A stretch of 63,924 nt of DNA, the filler included, from Eremomyces bilateralis CBS 781.70 (Eukaryota), in assembly GCA_010015585.1 (NCBI GenBank). It is 7 parts of 7 records of this genome, joined end to end, with 100 filler letters (N's around TTAATTAATTAA, not from the genome) between each part and the next. Parts side by side here need not be neighbours in the genome. Positions count along the whole stretch, not along the records: positions 13,965 to 26,772 come from ML975173.1; positions 26,873 to 39,555 come from ML975174.1; 5 more parts are not named here. One strand, written 5' to 3'. The notes beneath the pieces are model-generated. The model ran no database searches. It saw nothing but the letters and a program-made list of their open reading frames with translations, and was not told the origin of the DNA. Below are positions 23,510-35,845 of the stretch, in pieces (within the stretch, counting starts at the first letter, position 1; each line of letters begins with the position of its first letter). The position numbers and the translations under genes are program-made.

Positions 23510-26381
23510 GTTGGCGAGGTGGTTTCGTGAGGGCGACGATGAGGCGGCGGGAGGATCGGGATGAGGGATTGAGCGGCGCCCGAGATGTTGGGGAGGGGGA
23601 GGAGACGATCAGGGAAGGACTGCCGTCGTCGTCGTGGTCACCTCATGGAGCGGACCTGGAGGATGGAAGGGGGGTTCGATGACTAGGAAGTAGGAAGGCG
23701 GCGGTTGAGATTGGACTCGAGGACTTCCGATGGTCGATATCCGGGGTATAGATATGGGAGCCGTCCGGTCGAGGTGGCTGGCGTTCTACAGGTAAATCTG
23801 CAGTTCAGGTCCTTGAGCCTTGAGGATGAGTATCGTCCGTGGTACTCGCTCGCTCAGCCACAGCGATGCAGGATGAGGCGGAGTGATGAAGTCGCGTTCC
23901 GTGAGCAGGGGGCGGGATTGCGATGGTCGGGTTGCTGGAGCGAGTTCGGGCGACCACGAAGAGAGGTAGAGGATGCGGTGACCACGAGGCTTCTAGGGAA
24001 ATCAGATGAGAGTATAGGAATAATCAGAGGAAAATAATCCGCAGTTTGGTGAAGAGGAAGAAGAACGATGGTAATTCGATCCGTACAGAATTGCAGGCAA
24101 GCGGCGGATGGTGACGGAGATTTCGCATCTCCGTTGGCCGTTTTCCTCTGCAGCGAAGTTTACAGTGCATAATTGTACGTTAACTTAATCGGGACGTTTG
24201 AGGGTCCTCTTGTTCGGAATCATTTTCGATTTTTCACCAATAGCATACCGAAGTTCAGCGGGAAATCACAGGAAACAGCGGAATACCAGGCTTTTCCCTG
24301 TTCGTCTGCTCCACCATCACCCGCCGTTCAACGCTTGTCGTACTCCAACCGCCCAAAGCTTGTTAGCCTCTTCGGTAGTACGTACCTCGCCTTATGGTAC
24401 GGAGTTTACAGATTTTACAGTCTACAATGGGTCAATGGCTGGCCCCAACGCCCCTTTGCTCCCTGGACCTTGGTCCTTCATCCCATCATCTGCCTGGTTG
24501 GCTTCCATTCTTAGCTTTTACCCAAGACCCCCAGTTGACCAATTCAAATCCTCATCCGTCTACCGAAATTGCGATGGGGAAAATTCTAAATATCGAGGAT
24601 TAGTTTCTCGCCTGTCCCCAACTCGCCATCGTATGTCTGACTCGCGAGCTAGCGATGAATGCGGTTAGGCTTACGAGTGACAGAGGTGTTGGCATTGAAC
24701 ATCCCAATTCACACCTCCTTTAATTCGTCCTTTTCTCCCCAAGTCATCTTGCTTACAGAACCGTCCATGCTGTCTTCTGTACTTAAGCTTCTTTGCAAAT
24801 TGCGGGTGACGGAGAGCATGGAGCGACGGCTGTTAATTAATGCTGACTGATAGAAGGTATCAATTCTGCCCCTCATCCAGTCATCCTGCATACATCCATC
24901 ATACACTAAGCTTGAGGATGCCATGATGGTGGTATGCCGGCATCGATATGTCCCGCCATTCCATCGTCATGTGCTCCTATTCTAGCCCTACTATGTAGAC
25001 GATCGTGTATGATCGGAGGCATCTAGATTTCCGACCGACAAAGAGTAAGATTCTCTACTCCATGTCCATCGTGGAACGAGACCCTGAGGTCTTCATCGTC
25101 CATGGTACAATTCGGGCCAAATGACCTCACCATGACTAGGAACGGGAATGGATGCGGGAACACAGTCCGGAATTTTAATTAAAATATGACTTCATCCAAC
25201 ATTCTAACCGCTCAAGTATTCCCGCAAGTCTCCAGCTCCCAACTTGGATTAATTAACTGATGCTTCCTGAATCCTGACCGTCGGAATCGCCCCCATCGCC
25301 CATGGTGTCGCTCATCGCTGCTCGGTCGTTGGTCGGTGATCGTCCCGTCGTTCCCGATGCGCGGACCACTCGGGTCCCGAGTCTGCAATCTCCATGCCCC
25401 GATGTCCGCCCCCATCGAACATCCCTTGCGCCAGAAATTCAGAGGGGAGAGGAATTAGAATAAAGGAAACATATCCGTAAATCCTGCATTATTACGGATG
25501 ATCAGCGTCCCAGTGTTGACTCTCCGACGTCTCATAAAGGACGGAGAGGGCGTAGGGTAATATCGGACATGGTCGAAGAAGGGATTTTGGAAGTGAGAGG
25601 ACTCTCGCTGGTGCGACTTGGATGACTTTCGTGCCCCCCGAAAGCCGTGTTTAATTAATACGCCTTCCGCTGCATGGGATTCCTCATTCATTTTGCCAAA
25701 AATATCGTCAAGCGGCGCGGTGACGCCAGTATCGGGTGAGTGAGAGGTGAGACTCGAGTGGTTAAGAGAAAGGTCCTGCTCACAATAGGACCATCCAAGG
25801 ACCATCCAATCAGTTGTCGCTGTTTACGGCTCAGCGGTTCAGCGGCTCAGCAACCAACATCTCGAATCCAAATTCCAACCCCCAGCGAAAGGTGAATTCC
25901 CAAGATTCCGGAATCGTTGGAAAATTGAAACGAGGATCAATGAGCTGATGAGCTGATCGGCCTTCTGCAATCTGCAAGGGATACACAGTCAATGGTCATA
26001 GCCCAACACGTGGACTCGGAGACTCACAGTAGAATCAACCTGTTCAAGCAGTATTTTATTATTAGGAGTAATATATTGTTAAGTGCCGCCACAATTGCAC
26101 GTCCGTTACACGGGCGCCACTGCAGCTGTCGAGTGGCTTCAGTTGGATACAGTACAGACTACAGAGTAATTAGGTACCAAGCTTCTCAGGCACCTTTGAT
26201 GCTAACGCCAAACATAGCTCCGATTCCATTCTTCCATACCGCCTTGCGGCACAATCTGATTTCAAAGTATCTGTATTAATAATCAAGTATTACTTATTAG
26301 CTGTCGCCACTTGTGCTATCCACCAGTATATAAAGACACTATCTGTATCGGCGGTGGGTGGGGAGGAGGCTAGGAAAGGGT

Positions 26382-26772
26382 TCAGAAAGCGAATATCATA
26401 ATTGTAACTCTTCCAGATCTGCAGCCGAGAGCAATAACGCTTCCATAGACCGCAACTTCGGCTAATCGATATTCAGGAGGAAGCCAAAGCATACGCTCGG
26501 TATTGTGACAAACCCATTCGTCGTTGACAGAGATAAGAGGTGGGCATTGTGGTTGGAGGAGAGGTACATCGTTAGAAAGAGATAATGAAATAGGAAGTGA
26601 TCCCCTGTTCGTTCGGAGAGAAGTGTTGTCGTCGGAGAAAGAGAGAGTCTTGACGATACTGCCGACATCCAGAGCCTGCCGCACCGCCCCCGACGCCGCG
26701 TCCCACAGCTTGACCGTCCTGTCGCGCGAGCCCGACGCCAGCGTCTTGCCGTCCGGCGAGAAGGCCACGGCC
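26382..26772 (-). CDS. 3' end of a WD40-repeat NLR (HET-E/NACHT-WD type); remainder in the gap
   Basis: AVAFSPDGKTLASGSRDRTVKLWDAASG plus the typical tail LSFS...LRTNRG...WV...LWLPPEYR...ALGCRSGRV. Confidence 0.82.
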
Positions 26773-26872
26773 NNNNNNNNNNNNNNNNNNNNNNNNNNNN
26801 NNNNNNNNNNNNNNNNTTAATTAATTAANNNNNNNNNNNNNNNNNNNNNNNNNNNNNNNNNNNNNNNNNNNN

Positions 26873-29800
26873 AATACAAGAAAGTATGCTGATCTTTTTG
26901 TAACAGTGTGCTGGCGGTATCTACAAGCAAGGAGAGCTGCATCGAGATATTCATCCCAAGAGCTAACCTTCTTGCCCATGCACATCTTTGTCAAAATCGA
27001 ACCAAGTGTTCCATTGAGGCGCTCCACCTTGCCATTGGTTCGTGGATGGTAAGGCGTTGCAAGCTTATGACGCGTCTTCAAGATTCGGAGGAGATGTTCA
27101 ACCACATTCGAGATGAATTGGCTGCCATTGTCTGACGTAAGGGCTGAAGGGGCGCCAAACGTAAGCAGGATTTCCTTGTACAAAAACTCTGCGATCTCAG
27201 GAGCCGTTGCATCAGGAACTGCTTTGGCGATTGGCCATCCAGTCGCATAGTCAATGGCAGTAATGATCCATCGGTTTCCGCGATTCGTCTCCGGAAGGAT
27301 ACCGATAAGATCAATTCCCCATTCTTCAAATGGCTGTCTAGGTTGAACACGATGAAATCGGGCTTCATTTTCCTTACTTTGGCGCTTGGACTGCGCTAGT
27401 TGACATTCAGGGCAATCTGAAGCCACGTTTTCAATGTCCTTCTGCATACTCGGCCACCACCCTTTTGTTTCGACCACGCCGTACAAGGCCGGCCAAGCAA
27501 AGTGGCCATAGTCGCGGTGGACCTTGCGCAATGAGTCTCGGCGAGTCGGTGGGGGCCAGTATGGCACCCAAGGGGCGTCCTTGTGGTCGTCAATTCGGCG
27601 TTCAAGGAGGTCATCCTTTGGCGCGATGCGGAATCTTGAAAGCTCTCTCAGCTTGAGTAGCTTGTTGCGCCGGACACGCTTGTCATCGGGAAGTATTCCG
27701 GTAAGCAACCATGTTCTGATGGCTTGAATACACTTCTCTTCAAAGCTCATTTCTTCAATAACGTTCAGCGCATACGGGTTACGGAAATTCTGCGCTTGAT
27801 TGGCGGGAACGTCTTCCATAAAGTCTGGGCGTCGAGAGAGTGCATCTGGCACAGTTGCTTCGGTACCTTTCCGATATTGTAGGTCGAGGTTATACTGCTG
27901 ATATTCTCCAATCCAGCGGGCCAACCTCTTCGTTAGGTGAGACATAGTCTGCAAGTACTTCAGGCTCTCATGATCCGTGAGGATCGTCGTCTTGTCTTTG
28001 TCAAGGATGTACTTGTTCCATGTCTTCAAGGCGTGGGTAATCGCCAGCAGTTCTTTTTCATGGACAGGGTAGTTGAGTTCAGCGGCGCCCAACTTTCGTC
28101 CTTCAAAAGCAACTGGGTGAAATACGCCATTGTCATCATCTTGGTATAAGGCTCCACCAATGGCCCACTCTGAAGCGTCAGTTTCGATGGTGAAGGGCTT
28201 GTGGAAGTTTGGCTGAATAAGGACGGGGTTCGAAGTCAGGCAGTCCTTGAGTTCGTTAAACGCCGCTTGGCAGGACAATGTCCAGCGGATTTGTCGGAAC
28301 TTGTCCTTCCTGCGGGCCTGATCTTTTTCCTTCAGCAACTCATGTAGCGGGGCTGCAATCTTAGCGAATCCCTTCACGAAACGACGGTAATATGCGGCAA
28401 GACCAAGGAATTGGCGCACATCGTGTACGGTTCTAGGTGTTGGCCACTCTCGAATGACGTCAACCTTCTTCTGCTGGGGGCGAACGATGCCTTTTTCGAT
28501 GACATGGCCACAAAAGTCGATGCTTTCGGCTGCGATTGAGCATTTCGAGGGCTGTGCATACAGCTCCTGGTCAGCCAAAGCTTTGAGTACGGCTTCTATG
28601 TGTTGTTCATGTTCTTCCAGTGTCTTGGAGTAGATGATGATGTCGTCTAGGTAAACCAACGCGAAACGGTTCAAGAACGGTCGCAGTGTATCATTCATCA
28701 GATGCTGGAACGTCGACGGGGCGTTGGTGAGGCCGAACGGCATCACAATGAACTCGTACTTGCCATGCAGAGTATTGAAAGCAGTCTTCGCTTGATCAGC
28801 AGGATCAATCAGGAGTTGCCAGAATCCTGAAGTCAGATCGATTTTCGTAAAGACGGTTGCTTCGTTCATGGCTTCCAGACACTCATCGATACGCGGCAGC
28901 GGATAAGTGTTGCGAGTAGTGAACGCATTTAGAGCCCGGTAGTCGACACACATTCGCCATTTCCCACCCGGTTTAGGCACGAACAATACGGGGCTTCCCC
29001 ATTCGCTGATAGATTCTCGGATCAGTCCACGCTCAATTAGGGCTCGAACTTGTTTCAGCTGTTCCTCGATGTGTACGGGAGGAAGGGAGTAGTGTGGCTT
29101 GTTGACAGGTTTAGCATCTCCTGTAGGAATCTTGTGGTCAAACTTCCTCTGTGGGGGAAGGTGATCAGGGAGACTGTCGCGAAAGACATGTCGATATCGC
29201 TCAAGTATCTCTTGGATGCGAGCATTCGTAGTCTTCGGTAGGAGGTCGGTATCGGTAGCGTCTCCTTTGATTTCCGCTTGAGTCTCGTTCTTTAAGATAT
29301 ACAAGCGACCTTGTTCGTCTGGGCACTCTCTTTCCCAACATTTTCGGAACGATCGATATGGCATCAGGTTGATTTTACAAGGAGTTTCATCATCGCTAAG
29401 GTCGACGACTGATGAATCGCCTTGTAGAACATGAGTCCAAGCCTTGGAATGAGTGCTGCTCACTCGTTGTTTAATGACCAACTTGGATAGGGGCCAATCG
29501 ATTGCTGGATTGTGTTGTCGAAGCCATTCGATTCCGAGGATTACGTCGTAGTCGTCCATATCAAGAACTCTGAAGGTACGTGTCTCTCGGAAAGAACCAA
29601 TCTTATAGGGGACTCGAATGCCTTTCGTGCTTGTCATCTCTTGACCATTAGGTAGGCGTACTCGTCGAGAGGGTAGGTTAGAGACAAGGTATTGAGGAGA
29701 CTTCTTGTAAAATCTATGCCAGAGCTTCTGGGATATATAGCATCGACCAGCACCACAGTCTAACATGAATTGAACTTTGGTAGAGTGGTTGGTTTCTGGT

Positions 29801-30033
29801 GCAAGTTTTCCTGTAAACTCTATCAGGTTTGAACCGATGGCGTTCAGTCGGTCGATCCCATCGTTCCTATGCCAAATTTCCTCAACCTCTAGATCTTCAG
29901 TGCTGTCAGACGAGAGATCATCGTCTTTAGCACGCGACCACAGAGAGTCGGACGTATTGTCGGGGTCAGAGGAAGCATCAGGTTCACCTATGCTCGGAAG
30001 GGCTTCCTTCTCTACGAGCGAGTGGCTTTTGGG
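26873..30033 (-). CDS. pol: Ty3 Pol (protease, reverse transcriptase, RNase H, integrase), expressed by -1 frameshift
   Basis: LDCGA protease; MCVDYRALN, MPFGL, VYLDD RT; ETDAS/EKELLA RNase H; H..H..CPEC and GIDL..SDNG..VER integrase. The frame is open up to about 30045. Confidence 0.93.
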
Positions 30034-31448
30034 ATCTCCTCTGAATCATCCTTGTCGTCTTCTGCTTCTTGCGAAGGGCAGTCTCGAGCAAAGTGGCCGT
30101 GTCCACCACAATGGTAACACGTCCTGGCTGTTTTCCACTTCTTGTTTCCCGGATCGAGTCTGGGCGCGCGATTGGTTTCGCTTCCGCCACGTCCGCGTCC
30201 ACGGCTAGTTCTGCTTCTGTCTCCACGGCGGAAAGATCCGCGAGAAGAAGATCCACGAATCATATTCATATCGTCATAGTTCGTCGTCGTAGTGTCAGAC
30301 TCATACTCATCTAGGTCTTCAATATCATCGCCGTAATTTTCCATTGCATTGAGGCGATTTCGAGAAGAGTATGGACGGCGATACACTTCGAGGGCTTCGA
30401 TCTCGCGTAGCTTGAAGATGCGGGCAGACCATTCTGATTTGTCTTGACTTGGATCCGTGATACCGAGTTGTAGATAGTACCTCTGCGTGAGGTGCCTGCG
30501 GACGCCTGCCATAAACCGTTCGCATTGCTCGCGTTCAGAAGGGCGGTCGGTTAGGGAGTAGGCATAATCAAGGAACCTGTCCGAGAAAGCTTCTACGGTC
30601 TCCCTCTCTTGCTGGCGAGCGTTATGGTATTGACGATTTACTTCGATTTGGTGTCCTGGGGGAATCTTCATATTGCGGAGCCAAGTGAAGTAATCTTCTG
30701 CCGTTACCATCACGTTTGGTTTGATGGCCGGGGGGCCGACGCGGTCTCGGTCTATCATCGTCACTTCCCTGGAACGGTAGTACTCCATCGTCTTGGTATA
30801 GTCCTCCATCCATTGTCGTTGCAAGCGGCCTTTCGTAAATCCCATGAGACGGGTGATCTTTTCCGGTTCAGGAAGTTCCTGACCGCCGTGCTCGGTAATA
30901 GCCAAGGCGTTAAAGTGGACCTTCATTCGGGTAATGAAGTCGTTCACTTCGCGCACCTTGTTTTCCGCGTCATTATTGAAAGGATCAGGCTCAGTTGGCT
31001 TGTTGTACCGAGGTCGGACCACACTGGGGGGCAAACCATTGCCATATCCCTGGTTATGAGAGGAATAGGGGCTATCGCCACGATTGTGGGGAATGTTGTA
31101 ACCTTTAATGATTTGTGGTGCCACAGTGGAGGCGTCCTCCATGGTCACTGAATGTGAGGCACCTGGAGGAGTAGTGTAGCGAGCTCCTCCGTTGACGATG
31201 TTGCGAGTCTGTTGCGTCCTCATATGCTCCTGTCGAACGTGGAGATTGTTGACATGTTCGGTAAGAGCATTGATTTGTTGCTGTGGAGAAAGGTTCACCC
31301 AAGCAACAGCACTCAAGTGAGGGACTGGAGATGACTCGAGAGCTCCATGCATCTCGCTAGGAGGCGGTCCATTTGCCAGAGGTGCTTCAGGCGCAGTTTG
31401 AGAGTGTTCAGAAGCATCCTCAACGGTAGGTTGGTGCTGTTCAGACAT
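30012..31448 (-). CDS. gag: Ty3 Gag with CCHC zinc knuckle
   Basis: 478-aa ORF with Q..ETVEAFSDRF and CYHCGGHGHFARDC. Confidence 0.9.
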   Translation of the reverse strand: MSEQHQPTVEDASEHSQTAPEAPLANGPPPSEMHGALESSPVPHLSAVAWVNLSPQQQINALTEHVNNLHVRQEHMRTQQTRNIVNGGARYTTPPGASHSVTMEDASTVAPQIIKGYNIPHNRGDSPYSSHNQGYGNGLPPSVVRPRYNKPTEPDPFNNDAENKVREVNDFITRMKVHFNALAITEHGGQELPEPEKITRLMGFTKGRLQRQWMEDYTKTMEYYRSREVTMIDRDRVGPPAIKPNVMVTAEDYFTWLRNMKIPPGHQIEVNRQYHNARQQERETVEAFSDRFLDYAYSLTDRPSEREQCERFMAGVRRHLTQRYYLQLGITDPSQDKSEWSARIFKLREIEALEVYRRPYSSRNRLNAMENYGDDIEDLDEYESDTTTTNYDDMNMIRGSSSRGSFRRGDRSRTSRGRGRGGSETNRAPRLDPGNKKWKTARTCYHCGGHGHFARDCPSQEAEDDKDDSEEIPKATRS

Positions 31449-31744
31449 CGTGGATATTGATAAGAGGTCGTTGTACAGAGAGAAGAGTCTTTTGCTTGCA
31501 AAGAAGATTCTGAGGTTTGTAAAAAAAGAAAGAGGAAACGATCAAAAGGAAGTATTCATCTTTCGGGACACAGATCCATATTTGCAAAAAAAGGGGTCGG
31601 GACTCTTCCTATCCACGCTCACGACGTCGCAGCTCTTTTACCAAGGTATAGAATCAGCGAGTCCTTCTTCTTTGACATTGTGGACTCGTCGATAGCTCGT
31701 CTTAAGGGCAAGGAAACCCTTAAGGACGTTCCTGAGCTACCAGA

Positions 31745-31855
31745 TGTTGGATCGAAACGTGTCTTATTAAGAAACTTAACAAATGAGAGTATTATATACA
31801 GAGTATCAATCACGTGCCTCATAACCTCCGATGTTCTCCCGGCTTTGGTCTAACA
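31745..31855 (-). repeat. Short (111-bp) 5' LTR followed by a primer-binding site (31731-31742)
   Basis: Minus strand TGTTAGACC...GATCCAACA, then TC, then TGGTAGCTCAGG (TGGTAGC matches initiator tRNA-Met 3' ends). Confidence 0.78.
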
Positions 31856-31935
31856 CAGAGGAGTAGTTAAAGTAACGTGACCTTTTACAAAAAAGGTTAG
31901 ACTCCCCTGAGAAATAGCCTGAGCTTGCTGAGGTA
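31856..31935. mobile_element. Second copy of the Academ-like terminal sequence, cut by the Ty3 insertion
   Basis: CAGAGGAGTAGTTAAAGTAACGTGAC...AGACTCCCCTGAGAAATAGCCTGAGCTTGCTGAGGTA closely matches 14195-14272. Confidence 0.7.
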
Positions 31936-32562
31936 AGTCAACTCCAGCCTCTCAACTCCAGCGCCTGAAATCGAAGTCCTAATTAACTATCTAAAATGCA
32001 ACTTTCTCGATTTTGACCACCTACACAGAGCTCGGTTCTAACCGTCCGGCAGCATATCCATCGGCCTCTACTTTCGATGATGTGAACCGGAAGGAGTGTG
32101 AATGGTTTAGTACGATGAATACCTAGACGATGTCCAGATTCCGGTCCAATGCGAATTCGCTTGACTCGGTGCTGAAGCCGATAGGTTCTGCCCAGACTCT
32201 CGGCCCCCAAACAAAACTTTGAGGATGATGCCTAACGATCTTATGTAAGTAGGAATTCCTGCAGGGGCTGCAGCTAGTGCATTTTCGCCTGGACAATACG
32301 TATGCTCTCAGCCTCTCACCAGCTTCTTTGTGTTTGTGGACGTGCATCCGCCTTGCAACCAGTCACTGTGGATCGACTACTTACCGCCCAAGCCCCAATC
32401 TCACCATGTTCGAAGCATCGCCAAGATAAGGACTTCCGCCATAAGTGCTTGCCTGCTATCGCCCTTTTCTCCACGTCCCATCCCATCATTTCAATCCAAT
32501 TTGTATGACATTAGCCGACTTCGGAATTTCAAACAACCTCGCGGCACCCAGACAATTTCAAC

Positions 32563-33993
32563 ATGGCAGCTGCTGCTGCCATCACCGCGTTTGGTGCAAT
32601 CATCGGCTACATGGGTGCAGAGGTGGCTGAAGATGCCATGTTCGAGCGAGTACTCTGGCCACAACGATTCCACAACTATCTCGACATTTCCTCCTTTGCC
32701 AAGCTCTCCCTGCTGAGCAGCATGAGCGGGCCCTTGCATCGGGCTGCTTTAGAGACCCTCGATAGCTTCCGTGATCACGGGCTCTACAAAGGCTTCCTAC
32801 GTGGAGACATACTTGGGACGCCCTTCTTCGCCGAAAATAGTGGGATCGAATACTTCTATCGAACCGCTTTGTCGCAAAAGCGTCGAGAAACACCTAGCAG
32901 CGTCCGCAACGGGCTCTGGCTCGAGGTCTTGAGACAGGTGGAGTGTCGTCGCATCACCTCCAATCAGAAGATCACTGGCAGCGATGACCACGAGGCGGCG
33001 GTCGTCTCGTCCCGTGCAATGAAACCCATTTTTCGACTTTCACTCGAGATATTGCCACGGGATGGTTTGCGAAAAACGCCGGGTGTGGATGTCTCCGAGT
33101 CTCATGTCACGGTATGGACATTTCTGGGCATTCTAGCGAGCGAGCTTCCCACTCTCTTCATTGCTATCGCGACCGGGTTGTGGTATCGATTCGGCAACAG
33201 CACAAGTGAATTGCCGGACGTCTGGCTCGCGCCATTTCTCTGCATCCCCCTTTTTCTAAAGATTGTGGCTGCTCTGTTCACGGTCCGTCGCGAGGACATT
33301 GTCGGACCTGCTACGATGGTGAACATGGCCACTGCTGAAGACAATCGTGTTATGAGTGAGAAGGCACCACCATTGGACGCTCCGAGAAATCCGGATCATC
33401 GAGGGAACCCTCTGAAACCAATCTCGAATCCACCAAGTGGCCACCAACAACGCGAAGAAAAATCCGGTGCGACTGCCTTGTCGGTTCAAGAACCATCCGG
33501 TACGCCAGGTCGCCAAGAAATCATCGAAGTAATGTGTCCATCGCTCGGCTACGTGCTTATTTGTACGAACAGTAAGCCGCCTAATTCCTCCGGGCTGTTT
33601 CAGTTTTTCCGTCACTACGGACATCCGATTCGATCTGCATATATGGATAGAGTCAGAGAAACCGTGAACATCATCATTGTTTACATGTTCGTTCTTTATT
33701 TCCCCGCTGGGCTCTTCGCACTCTCTTGGATGAATGGGCCGGCTCAGTTTATCTGGCTAGGCCAGCAACTTTACTGTGTTGCGGCCATGCACATCGTGCG
33801 GCTTGCAGGGTGGCAAGGTTGCTCTAGGACCGAAGAGCGAGTTGCCAAACTGCTACTGCAAAACAAAATCGTTTATCTCGTCGGCAAGGGAGGAAGTGTT
33901 CAGGTTAGCTTGAATATTGAGGATGTGCCTTCCGTTAGGGAGGGGAAAGCAAGAGTACAGGCCATCCTACAGCAGAATGATGAAGCAGAATAG
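32563..33993 (+). CDS. Uncharacterised membrane protein, 476 aa, intronless
   Basis: Long ORF with a good ATG context and about 4-5 hydrophobic segments; family not recognised. Confidence 0.75.
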   Translation: MAAAAAITAFGAIIGYMGAEVAEDAMFERVLWPQRFHNYLDISSFAKLSLLSSMSGPLHRAALETLDSFRDHGLYKGFLRGDILGTPFFAENSGIEYFYRTALSQKRRETPSSVRNGLWLEVLRQVECRRITSNQKITGSDDHEAAVVSSRAMKPIFRLSLEILPRDGLRKTPGVDVSESHVTVWTFLGILASELPTLFIAIATGLWYRFGNSTSELPDVWLAPFLCIPLFLKIVAALFTVRREDIVGPATMVNMATAEDNRVMSEKAPPLDAPRNPDHRGNPLKPISNPPSGHQQREEKSGATALSVQEPSGTPGRQEIIEVMCPSLGYVLICTNSKPPNSSGLFQFFRHYGHPIRSAYMDRVRETVNIIIVYMFVLYFPAGLFALSWMNGPAQFIWLGQQLYCVAAMHIVRLAGWQGCSRTEERVAKLLLQNKIVYLVGKGGSVQVSLNIEDVPSVREGKARVQAILQQNDEAE

Positions 33994-34909
33994 CGCACGC
34001 GTAGCCAGGCTACAGTCGTGCTAAGTCTTGGAAATTCTGCCAGAAACCACCACGCTCTGCACAAAAGATATAACACCACTGGTCTGGCATTATTATATTC
34101 ATCGTTTCAGCGCGGTTCTTAGGGAACATATTCGTGATAGAGTTAGACTTCGCAAGACTGTATCCTGCATTTGACGAACTGACGGGGGGACTTGCCAAAG
34201 TCATCAAGTCCATTAGGGGAGGACGAGCAGAATTATATGTTTGGGATAGTCGTCTGGCAGTTGAAGAGCTACATAAGAGTCGTGTAACACGGATGCGATC
34301 TTCAGTCAACCGCCCTCGATGTCAGCTCGGCAACACGCTCAATCACCGAAGTCTGCCTTGAGGGCCACTACTTACTAGACCCTCATCGTTAACTACTCTT
34401 ATCACTAGTTAGCGGAACCGTACCATGTCTCAAAGCCATATCTGATGGTCCAGCAGCTCCTAAACGTCGACTCATTATCCTCAACCTCAGCCCTTGTCGC
34501 TCGTCCATTAAGTGCCACAGTATCAAGTGAATTGATGATAAATATCGGGGACAAAGGGGCTTCTTGGCGAACCTCGATAATTTTGGTAACCATTTTTTTT
34601 CAATATTCCATTATCTCAGGTTCTGCTATCCCCTTGGCCGTCGCAGTGCACAAACGACCGGGGTGTGACAGGGATTTAACAAATTTTGCAGGGATTTGCG
34701 CCTCGACCAACCAATTCCGTCCTGCCACCTAATTTAGGTAGAGAACGCATCCTGAGATAGTTAATCAATTAACTGATAGTTATACGGTATGATTCGAATA
34801 TACGGTGATAACGCATATTCTGGGCGACTTGATATAGACCTCGTCTTCCTAAGCGAAGAGGCTCAAGAAGAGGCGAACGAGGAGATGAATAACGCAGATT
34901 ATTCCTTTC

Positions 34910-35845
34910 GTGAAGGGGAGGATCTTTGATGCCATATCAGCGTCTCAATCTACCGTACAGGAGATGATCTTACAAGAGGAGGTCTTACAGGAGGAGGATT
35001 TCGATGCTATACTCGCGTCCCTACTCACTGTACATGAGTCCATACAGGAGGAGCCTACTGTACAGGCCACAAAACAACAGTCGAAACCAGTGCGAAAACC
35101 TCTCCTACCGCTAAGTAAGAGGCCTCTTCCTCCGCCGCCGTGGGATCCTGTTGAATTTCAGCCCTTGATATTACCAGAATCAGGATCCCACCAACGTGGT
35201 GGGCATGCGAAAATATCGCAAGATATCAGGGACGATGATCCTGCAGCTCTGATTAACTTATTCTTTCCTGACGAGTTTTTTGATATGTTGAGGATGTATA
35301 CCAACCTCCACGCGAAGGCATGGGCTCCAGACCCTACCAAGAAACGGTTCCCCATCAAGGACAGCCCGCGTCCTTGGAGAGATGTTACCAATGGGGAGTT
35401 TTACGCCTATATCGCAGTGGTGATATATATGGGCTTACATCGGTCTCCTAGCGCGGAGTACTATTGGAATGAGAGTGATCAAGATCGCCCTTTCCACCCG
35501 TCGGTCCGTAAGCATATATCGCTTACTCGTTGGGAACAGATTAATCGTTTCATCGCTTGTCATCCTCCTCATACCTCAGGAAGGGCGCCGTCACCGCTAG
35601 CCAAGACGTATCCGTTAGTGGAGTTCTTCACCACTCGATTTCAGCAATTTTGGCATCCAGGGACGTACTGTGCAACTGATGAAGCGATGGTCCGGTTCCT
35701 GGGGCGAGCAAAGGAGACCGTGACCATCCCGAATAAGCCTACGCCCAGAGGATATAAAGTATGGGTGCTTGCATTCCGTGGATACGTGTGGGATCTGCGA
35801 TTACACGCCAATAAGGATGGGCCTTACCGGATAGACAAAAAGTAG
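34910..35845 (+). pseudogene. Truncated piggyBac-like transposase (DDE_Tnp_1_7)
   Basis: LFFPDEFF...YTN, YIAVVIYMGL, YYW, ISLTRWEQI, TDEAMVRFLGR....IPNKPTPRGYKVWVLA; ends before the remaining catalytic aspartates. Confidence 0.82.

Larger units (their letters stand above)
26873..31855 (-). mobile_element. Ty3/Gypsy LTR retrotransposon with no visible disabling mutations; 3' part lost in the gap
   Basis: 5' LTR 31745-31855, PBS, gag, overlapping -1 frame pol (PR-RT-RH-IN). Confidence 0.93.
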
